From a virus, in IMG/VR virus record IMGVR_UViG_3300027708_000059: 64,000 nt of DNA; one strand, written 5' to 3'. Numbering within the stretch: the first letter of the stretch is position 1; each line of letters starts with the position of its first letter. Positions 57,512 to 64,000 of this stretch are shown here, in pieces. The position numbers and the translations under genes were made by a program. The notes below the pieces were generated by a model, which saw only the letters and a list, made by a program, of their open reading frames with translations, was not told the origin of the DNA and did not search any database.

Positions 57512-58594
57512 ATGGCAAAAGCAACAAAAGAAGTAAAGGTGAACAGCAAACATCAAGAGGCTCTTGATAAGCTAAACAAAACCTATGGTGTAGGTACAAT
57601 TCTTACATTAGACAGTAAAGGAACTGGTGATTATGATCTAATCAGTACAGGAAGTATTGGATTTGATAACATCACTCTAGGTATTGGAGGATTTGCAAAA
57701 GGTAAAATGTATGAACTAATGGGATGGGAAGGTTCAGGTAAATCTACAATCTGTGGACATGCTGTAGCAGAATGTCAAAAGAAAGGTGGAGTGGTGCTCT
57801 ATATAGATGGAGAGCATGCTGTAGATAAAACTTATTTCCAATCTCTAGGAGTTGATACAAATAAAATGTTGATTGCTCAGCCAAGTTGTGGTGAAGAAGG
57901 TTTTAACATTGCTATGGAAATGATTAATACAGGAACAATTGATCTTGTTATCATCGATTCAGATTCAAGTTTAATTCCTAAGAAAGTGTTAGATGGTGAG
58001 GTGGGGGATAGTTCTATTGGTAGAAAAGCTTTATTGAATAGCAATGCCTATCCAAAACTAAAAGGTGCCCTATCAGCAAACAATGTTTGTGTTATTGTAA
58101 TTTCTCAATACAGGGAAAAGATTGGTGTTATGTTTGGTAACCCCACTACAACACAAGGTGGACATGCTCTTAAGTTTTATACAGATGTACGTATAGAAGT
58201 GAGTAAGAGTCTTGCAAAAGAAGGTGATCAAGCTTATGGTAATATAACTAAGGTGAAGTCTATTAAGAATAAAATGTCTCCTCCATATCAACTTGCACAA
58301 TTTGAGATTGTTTATGGTGTGGGTATTGATAAACTTAAAGAGATTATGGAACTTGCTAGTGACTTTGAACTTATCAAGAAATGGGGAAAAACCATCACTA
58401 TGGGAGAAACCAAATATACTATTGAGGAATTCAGTGCTTTATTAACAGACAATGAAGAATTCTATAATCAATTAAAGTCTCAAATCATTGACAAGATTAA
58501 TGCAATAGAGAAGGTTGTCGTAGAAGAACCTAAAATAGAAATTGAATTTTTAACCGATGAAAAAATAATTGCTGATGTTACAAGTGAAATTTAA
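57512..58594 (+). CDS. RecA/UvsX-like recombinase
   Basis: ISTGSIGFDNITLGIGGFAKGKMYELMGWEGSGKST ... YIDGEHAVD, a near-canonical RecA core. Confidence 0.8.
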   Translation: MAKATKEVKVNSKHQEALDKLNKTYGVGTILTLDSKGTGDYDLISTGSIGFDNITLGIGGFAKGKMYELMGWEGSGKSTICGHAVAECQKKGGVVLYIDGEHAVDKTYFQSLGVDTNKMLIAQPSCGEEGFNIAMEMINTGTIDLVIIDSDSSLIPKKVLDGEVGDSSIGRKALLNSNAYPKLKGALSANNVCVIVISQYREKIGVMFGNPTTTQGGHALKFYTDVRIEVSKSLAKEGDQAYGNITKVKSIKNKMSPPYQLAQFEIVYGVGIDKLKEIMELASDFELIKKWGKTITMGETKYTIEEFSALLTDNEEFYNQLKSQIIDKINAIEKVVVEEPKIEIEFLTDEKIIADVTSEI

Positions 58595-59012
58595 AAAAAT
58601 CTCTAGCAACACTAAACTTCCTTTTAAAGGGAGTTTAGATGCTGCTTGCTCTGATGTATATGCACATTCTATTACATTTGAGGATGGTAAAATGGTAATA
58701 GGACTAGGATTCAAAACAGAAATCCCTAGAGGATATAAAGGAATTCTTATCCCTAGAAGTAATCTAACTAAACATCCCTGGATGATGAATAATTCAATGG
58801 GAATTATTGATGCTGACTATCGTGGAGAATGGAAAATGATTCTCACACCATTAAATGGTGATCTTATAACTACTTCTCTTCCTTATGGTGCAGGAGATAG
58901 AGTGGGACAAATATATTTTGAAGCTGTCACTCCTGTTGAATTCATAGAGGTGGAAGACCTATCAGAAACTGAAAGAGGAACAGGAGGATTTGGAAGTACA
59001 GGATTAAATTAA
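58575..59012 (+). CDS. dut: dUTPase
   Basis: dUTPase motifs PRSN, GIIDADYRGE, GDRVGQI and RGTGGFGSTG. The track start at 58569 is TTG; the ATG is at 58575. Confidence 0.8.
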   Translation: MLQVKFKKISSNTKLPFKGSLDAACSDVYAHSITFEDGKMVIGLGFKTEIPRGYKGILIPRSNLTKHPWMMNNSMGIIDADYRGEWKMILTPLNGDLITTSLPYGAGDRVGQIYFEAVTPVEFIEVEDLSETERGTGGFGSTGLN

Positions 59013-59017
59013 TATTT

Positions 59018-59395
59018 ATGGAAAATAAATATTTTACTCCAGATATAGAAGATATACATGCTGGTTATGAATGTGAGCTTTTATTATATGCTGAGTGGGA
59101 CCCAATTACAGTAAAACCATACACTGCATTAGAATCAGTAGTTAAGTGTATAAAAGATAAAATAATTAGAGTTCCCTATCTCACTAAAGAACAAATAGAA
59201 GCTGAGGGATGGAAAGAGACATCTATAAATCATTATACTAAAAAAGATATATTTCTTAAAGTCTACATTGGTTATTTACATGATGAGATATTGTCCTTTA
59301 GAATTTCTATATATAATGCTGAGGGAACATTATTTAAAGGAGAATGTAAAGACATTAACACATTTAGAAAACTCTTTAAATTATTAGATATATGA
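59018..59395 (+). CDS. hypothetical protein
   Basis: ORF. Confidence 0.4.
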   Translation: MENKYFTPDIEDIHAGYECELLLYAEWDPITVKPYTALESVVKCIKDKIIRVPYLTKEQIEAEGWKETSINHYTKKDIFLKVYIGYLHDEILSFRISIYNAEGTLFKGECKDINTFRKLFKLLDI

Positions 59396-59607
59396 GTATA
59401 ATCACATCCCTTAATGAAGATGAAATAGACATCTTTAAAAAACAATATCTTAGTGCTCCTGATATTAAAAAGGAGATAGAAAAACTTGAAACTGAAAAGG
59501 TTAGCAAGACTAAGAAGAAAGCATATAAGATATGGAAGGATCAAATTAACCTCTTTATTGATCTTTATAATTTAAAAACAGGAGGAAACTATAAAAAAAT
59601 AATATGA
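59392..59607 (+). CDS. hypothetical protein
   Basis: ORF with ATGA overlap. Confidence 0.35.
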   Translation: MSIITSLNEDEIDIFKKQYLSAPDIKKEIEKLETEKVSKTKKKAYKIWKDQINLFIDLYNLKTGGNYKKII

Positions 59608-59966
59608 AGCTAACAGAATTAGGAAAAATTAAGGAATACCAGAGAGACTTTTATGAACTATTTGATAGAAAATTAGAGATAGACTGGTTGAGAATGAAAG
59701 GATTGATTGACTATCCTAGAGAAGATGTTGTAAGTAATCAATCTCTGGAAGAACTATTTAATGATTGTGTTTCAAAACATGGGGCTGATGCTAACAAACT
59801 TAGAGCTAAGAAACTCAGAGTGAGTCACAGTGATTATGAAAAAGAAAGACGTGTATTAATAGATTTTAGTAAGGCTGTAATTAGTAGAAGACTAAATACA
59901 AGAAAAGCAGCATTATTGATCAATAGAGATCGTAGCGTATTATATCATTTTCTAAACTGTATGTAA
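59604..59966 (+). CDS. hypothetical protein
   Basis: ORF with ATGA overlap. Confidence 0.4.
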   Translation: MKLTELGKIKEYQRDFYELFDRKLEIDWLRMKGLIDYPREDVVSNQSLEELFNDCVSKHGADANKLRAKKLRVSHSDYEKERRVLIDFSKAVISRRLNTRKAALLINRDRSVLYHFLNCM

Positions 59967-59967
59967 T

Positions 59968-60360
59968 TTGAAATGTTTAACCTGTGGTAAGAATGCTGAT
60001 AGTGAATATTGTTTTCAACATAAACCTAGAAAACCTCTAGCTCAATCTAGATTAAACAAATCTGCATTTTCTGCTGGTAACGTAAAGAAAATTAGTGAGA
60101 TGCAGGAGTTTTTTATGTCTTTATGGAAAAAAAGAAGACATTTCTCTGAGATTAGTGGAAAATATTTAGGTAAGGAACCAATGAGCACATATTTCCATCA
60201 CATTCTTCCAAAAGAAAAATACCCAGAAGCTTCTTTAGATGAAGAAAATATCATACTTTTGACACTTGATGAACACACCAATGTAGAAGGTGATATGTAT
60301 AAATACGAAGAAGTTAATAAACAACGTGAATTATTAAAAATTAAATATGGAAAAGCCTAA
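59968..60360 (+). CDS. HNH-like (His-Me finger) nuclease candidate with N-terminal zinc ribbon
   Basis: CLTCGK...CFQH, then FHHILPKEKYP ... NIILLTLDEH. Confidence 0.4.
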   Translation: MKCLTCGKNADSEYCFQHKPRKPLAQSRLNKSAFSAGNVKKISEMQEFFMSLWKKRRHFSEISGKYLGKEPMSTYFHHILPKEKYPEASLDEENIILLTLDEHTNVEGDMYKYEEVNKQRELLKIKYGKA

Positions 60361-60997
60361 CAGAGAAAGAAAAACAGATATAAAATATCTTATTCAACTC
60401 AATGAAGAACAAAAAATTGCTAAAAGTCTTATTGTAGATAATCAAGTGGTTGTTGTTACAGGTGTGGCAGGTACAGGTAAAAGCCTTGTATGTGCCCAAG
60501 TGGCATTAGATTTTCTTAATAAAAAACAAATAGAAGAAATCTACATCACTAGAGCAGCAATTGAAGTGGGCAAATCATTAGGTTTTCTACCTGGAGATCT
60601 TGGAGAAAAGTTTGATCCATATCTAGAAGCATTCAAAGATAATCTTTACAAATGCTGGGATAAAGTTAAAGTGGACAACATGCTCAAAGATGGTAAGGTG
60701 AAGGCTCTTCCTGTACAATTCATTCGTGGTAAAACTGTAGATGATCTTTTAATTGTAGAAGAGGCTCAAAATCTTTCTAAGCATGAAATATTAGCAATTT
60801 TAACTAGGCTTGGTAAAACAGGAAAGATTATTATTAATGGAGATAATGAACAAAAGGATATTAAAGATGACTTTAATGGACTTAGTTATGTTATAGAACT
60901 ATCTAAGAAAATCAAAGACATTAAATGGATTAAATTAAAAGAAAATCACAGAAGTGATCTTGTTGGAAAAATCCTAGATTATGAATATAATAGATAA
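60347..60997 (+). CDS. PhoH-like ATPase
   Basis: VVVVTGVAGTGKSLVCAQVAL (Walker A) and FIRGKTVDDLLIVEEAQNLS (PhoH box). Confidence 0.7.
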   Translation: MEKPNRERKTDIKYLIQLNEEQKIAKSLIVDNQVVVVTGVAGTGKSLVCAQVALDFLNKKQIEEIYITRAAIEVGKSLGFLPGDLGEKFDPYLEAFKDNLYKCWDKVKVDNMLKDGKVKALPVQFIRGKTVDDLLIVEEAQNLSKHEILAILTRLGKTGKIIINGDNEQKDIKDDFNGLSYVIELSKKIKDIKWIKLKENHRSDLVGKILDYEYNR

Positions 60998-61025
60998 TAA
61001 TTTTAAACAATAAACCAAAATAAAC

Positions 61026-61328
61026 ATGAAAAATCAGTTCTTTTACACTAGAAAAGACATTACAGGAGGAACTCCTGAAGCCCCAGAATTTAAAACTTAT
61101 ACAGACAGTTTTAACGTTGAAAAGGTTATTCGTAGCCTATCAATTGAAGATGGTAGGACATTAGTCTTATTAGATGATCTTCATGAGAGAGTACAAGAAA
61201 CTCCAGATATAGATGTTAGGACCAACAAGATTAAAGGTGTTAAGCGTGAACGTAATATATTTCAAAGTGAAATCTATTTAGATGATGCTGATGCTAGTAG
61301 ATTCTATATGTTAACATCAATTGGATAA
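61026..61328 (+). CDS. hypothetical protein
   Basis: ORF. Confidence 0.4.
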   Translation: MKNQFFYTRKDITGGTPEAPEFKTYTDSFNVEKVIRSLSIEDGRTLVLLDDLHERVQETPDIDVRTNKIKGVKRERNIFQSEIYLDDADASRFYMLTSIG

Positions 61329-62073
61329 TATGCTTCCATTCATTAGTTGTAAATGTATAACTTACGGAAGAGTAGTTACGCTTGAGGAGAGTATTGAATC
61401 TTTTCTCAAGCAAGACTATCCTTCAGATAGGTGTGAGCTTGTAATAGTTAATGACTATCCTTTGCAAACTCTTATTTATGATCATCCTCAAATTAAAATA
61501 GTTAATCTATCTGAGACCTTTACCACTATAGGTAAAAAAGAGAATTATGCTACAGAATTATGTCAAGGAGATATAATATGTCAATGGGATGATGATGATG
61601 TAGCTCTACCACACCATTTAAATAATGTAGCTAAATACATGACTGATAGTGTGAATATCATTCACTGGGAAACAGGAGTGTTATGTCATATTACAGGAAT
61701 TGAACAAGTGGGTTGGATAGGTAATTCTGGTATTGTGTTTCGTAAATCAGCTTGGAAAGCTGTAGGAGGACATCCTCTTGAAAATGCTGGATATGATATG
61801 ACATTTATTGAAAGTATCAATAGATATGGAGGAAGACTATTTGTTAAAATGCCTAAAGAAGAAGCTTCTTGGTTTTATATGTGGGGAGGTAGAGGTTATC
61901 ATATGAGTGGAGAAGGTACAGATCATCCTGGAAAACTCAATGCTATACAAAGGCACAGTGCTCATATTGAAAGAGAAAGAATCAATGGAAGAATTCCAAC
62001 AGGAGAAGTCTTATTAGTTCCTAATTGGAAAGAAGATTATTCAGAAATATTAAAAAACTATTTAAAATTGTAA
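61321..62073 (+). CDS. family-2-like glycosyltransferase
   Basis: ELVIVNDYP (the VVDDGS position) and ICQWDDDDV (DXD motif), in a GT-A-like arrangement. Confidence 0.5.
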   Translation: MDNMLPFISCKCITYGRVVTLEESIESFLKQDYPSDRCELVIVNDYPLQTLIYDHPQIKIVNLSETFTTIGKKENYATELCQGDIICQWDDDDVALPHHLNNVAKYMTDSVNIIHWETGVLCHITGIEQVGWIGNSGIVFRKSAWKAVGGHPLENAGYDMTFIESINRYGGRLFVKMPKEEASWFYMWGGRGYHMSGEGTDHPGKLNAIQRHSAHIERERINGRIPTGEVLLVPNWKEDYSEILKNYLKL

Positions 62074-62074
62074 A

Positions 62075-62611
62075 ATGGCACATCCAGAACAGAGAACATT
62101 CATGACATATGTAAAAGATAAATTTCCTGAAAAGTTTACAAATTGCAGAGTGTTAGATATTGGTTCATTAGATATTAATGGAAACAATCATTATTTATTT
62201 ACAAACTACAAATACATTGGTGTAGATATTGGTGCAGGAAATAATGTAGATGTTGTGTGTAGAGGACATGAATTTAAAGACTCTGAAGGATTTGATATTG
62301 TTATATCAGCTGAATGTTTTGAACATGATGAATTTTGGAAAGATACAATTAAAAACTGCATCAATCTAACTAAACCAGGAGGAGTGTTCTTATTTAGTTG
62401 TGCTACAACAGGAAGACATGAACATGGTACAAAAAGAACTACTCCTCAAGATTCTCCATTTACATCAGAAATTGAGAATGATTATTACATGAATCTTACA
62501 GAACAAGATATTCGTGAAGAGATAGATATGGAAAATCATTTCTCTGAGCATGAGTTTATTGCTAGAGAAACATGGCCTCAAGATTTATATTTCTGGGGAA
62601 TGAAGAAATAA
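62075..62611 (+). CDS. class I SAM-dependent methyltransferase
   Basis: Motif I VLDIGSLDINGN, DIVISAECFEH, and KPGGVFLFS. Confidence 0.55.
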   Translation: MAHPEQRTFMTYVKDKFPEKFTNCRVLDIGSLDINGNNHYLFTNYKYIGVDIGAGNNVDVVCRGHEFKDSEGFDIVISAECFEHDEFWKDTIKNCINLTKPGGVFLFSCATTGRHEHGTKRTTPQDSPFTSEIENDYYMNLTEQDIREEIDMENHFSEHEFIARETWPQDLYFWGMKK

Positions 62612-62647
62612 AAAAAAGCTCCTTAATAGGGAGCTTTTCTTTTAGTC
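62612..62647. terminator. bidirectional terminator between convergent blocks
   Basis: A8 - AGCTCC-ttaata-GGGAGCT - TTTCTTTT. Confidence 0.6.
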
Positions 62648-62750
62648 CTATAATACTGAGACTATAGGGGGGCTTGCCAGTTTTATTTATTATTACTTTC
62701 TAGGCAGTTAGGACATGTTCCTTCATAATATATATTATGAATAGAGCATA

Positions 62751-62909
62751 TCATTTTGATAATCTTTTTTGTTTCATAGGAGCCATAGGACTCTTTAGTC
62801 TCTTAACTGTATCAGCTTCCTTCATATAATTTCCATTAACTGGATTAGGAGGCTTTACCTTGGGAGCCTTTCTTGGTGCTCCAGACTTCTTAGCTTTACC
62901 TGATGTCAT
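62751..62909 (-). CDS. Lys-rich small basic protein (52 aa)
   Basis: MTSGKAKKSGAPRKAPKVKPPNPVNG... Its ATG overlaps the upstream stop as TAATG. Not in the track because it is under 60 aa. Confidence 0.4.
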   Translation of the reverse strand: MTSGKAKKSGAPRKAPKVKPPNPVNGNYMKEADTVKRLKSPMAPMKQKRLSK

Positions 62910-63328
62910 TAGCAACCATTTTTACATTTACCACCCATCTTCATCATTCCACCTTTTTTCATAGATGTAGGTACCATAGAAGCAGCTGATCCACCATATT
63001 GCATTTTCTTCTTAGGTGTTTTGCCTTCTTTCTTCATAGCAATTGCTATTGCAGCCTGCTTAGCCATCTTACCACCCATTTTCATCTTAGATCCAGCTTT
63101 AGCTTTAATAACTCCACGTCCTACAAGAATATCAGCTTTGCTAATTTTACCATCTTTATTAAGATCAGGAAATGAAGCACCGTCTTTAGCTTTGTTAAGG
63201 TTACCAACATTCTTAGAAACAGAATTCTTAGATGGAGATAATGTACCACCACCTTTCATCATTGGTGCCATTTTATCCATTACTTTTTTAGCTATTGCTT
63301 TTTTAACAGCTTTTTTAATTGTTGCCAT
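62909..63328 (-). CDS. Lys/Gly/Met-rich basic protein (139 aa)
   Basis: MATIKKAVKKAIAKKV ... MKKGGMMKMGGKCKNGC. Low-complexity basic sequence. Confidence 0.5.
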   Translation of the reverse strand: MATIKKAVKKAIAKKVMDKMAPMMKGGGTLSPSKNSVSKNVGNLNKAKDGASFPDLNKDGKISKADILVGRGVIKAKAGSKMKMGGKMAKQAAIAIAMKKEGKTPKKKMQYGGSAASMVPTSMKKGGMMKMGGKCKNGC

Positions 63329-63353
63329 TTTTATTTGTTTTATATTTTAATAA

Positions 63354-63905
63354 TTATTTACCTTTACGAGCTTTGCCCATTGCTTTAAATGTTTTAGCTA
63401 ATGCTTTTCTTTTAGGAGTACATGTTGCTTTTGTCATAGGAGTGCAATATCCTTTGTGTTTAGGATTAACAGCCTTTTGAATCCAGTTCTTGTCTTTTAC
63501 TTTACCACCAGATTTCATCTTTGTAGCACCAAGTTCTTTATCTTTCTTTAATACAGGAGCAGCAGCTGTTTTTCCAGCTATTGTATTTTCTTGAACTTTA
63601 GTCCATGCACCATTAGGATCAATTGGTCCAACAGCAGCAGATGGTTTAAGACCAAGACCAGCTTGAGCTTTTTTCATTTTACCACCACCTCTAAGTTTAA
63701 AGCCCATTTTATCATATCCAGGCTTTCCTTTAAGCTTTTGTCTATCCACATCTTTATCTGCTTGCTTTATTTTCATAGAAGCTTCTCTCATAGCAGGAGC
63801 TGAAGTAGCTTTTGACATTTCTAATGCAGCTTGATTACCTTTTTTCTTGTAGATAGCTGTACTATCACCGTATTGAGCTTTTTTAATTTTTTTAACTGTT
63901 GCCAT
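63354..63905 (-). CDS. Lys-rich basic protein (183 aa)
   Basis: MATVKKIKKAQ ... KTFKAMGKARKGK. Its N-terminus is paralogous to the 139-aa protein. Confidence 0.5.
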   Translation of the reverse strand: MATVKKIKKAQYGDSTAIYKKKGNQAALEMSKATSAPAMREASMKIKQADKDVDRQKLKGKPGYDKMGFKLRGGGKMKKAQAGLGLKPSAAVGPIDPNGAWTKVQENTIAGKTAAAPVLKKDKELGATKMKSGGKVKDKNWIQKAVNPKHKGYCTPMTKATCTPKRKALAKTFKAMGKARKGK

Positions 63906-64000
63906 TATTTTTTTGTTTTAGCTTTAATTTTCTTCTCTTGTTTAAGCATCTGAGCTGTAGGTTTCTTTCCAGATCCTTTAGCTGCTCTGATATTATCCCA
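63906..64000 (-). CDS. Lys-rich basic protein, 5' end beyond window
   Basis: Open frame ...WDNIRAAKGSGKKPTAQMLKQEKKIKAKTKK with its stop overlapping the next ATG (TAATG). Confidence 0.4.

Noticed and set aside
62909-63905. Lys-rich proteins as ribosomal proteins or the HU family
   Set aside because: Lengths and low-complexity Gly/Met/Lys repeats do not match ribosomal protein families. The HU-like fold signal (GFG.F arm) is instead found in the separate gene 25328-25678.
1-64000. Integrated prophage or mobile element with integrase, transposase or att sites
   Set aside because: No tyrosine or serine recombinase, transposase motif or flanking host genes were seen. The whole window is phage-like and collinear.

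Overview
This window is an AT-rich double-stranded DNA tailed-phage genome segment with no obvious host flank. Several signals suggest a Bacteroidota host: no Shine-Dalgarno sequences, A-rich leaders, TTTG/TAnnTTTG-like promoter elements, poly-Thr linkers in surface proteins, and a DUF1566/Lcl-type fibre tip. Layout: (i) 1-26360, a minus-strand packaging and structural module, running from a winged-helix regulator, an HU-like protein and small genes through the large terminase, portal, scaffold-like protein and putative major capsid protein to a long run of tail and fibre genes ending in a 1567-aa fibre. (ii) 26360-26610, a divergent junction with an unusual C-rich (G4-prone on the opposite strand) tract. 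(iii) 26.6-35.6 kb, a plus-strand array of about 35 small early genes, including a GC-anomalous first gene with a strong terminator, a cluster of tiny membrane and lipoprotein-like ORFs, and a ~500-bp noncoding repeat region that may be an origin or operator site. (iv) 35.6-62.6 kb, a plus-strand replication and nucleotide-metabolism module: family B DNA polymerase, DnaB-like helicase, SF2 helicase, P-loop ATPase, primase, UDG, a probable class II ribonucleotide reductase, a RecA-like recombinase, dUTPase, a PhoH-like ATPase, a PD-(D/E)xK nuclease, two HNH nucleases, and a glycosyltransferase plus SAM-methyltransferase pair. (v) 62.75-64 kb, after a bidirectional terminator, a minus-strand tandem array of at least four lysine-rich small basic proteins. 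The most unusual element is a phage-encoded HSP90/HtpG-family GHKL ATPase (48030-50366), followed by a separately terminated protein carrying DnaJ-type CxxCxGxG zinc-finger repeats. No tRNA, CRISPR, integrase or transposase signal was found. All functional calls rest on motifs read by eye, so they are hypotheses that need profile searches.
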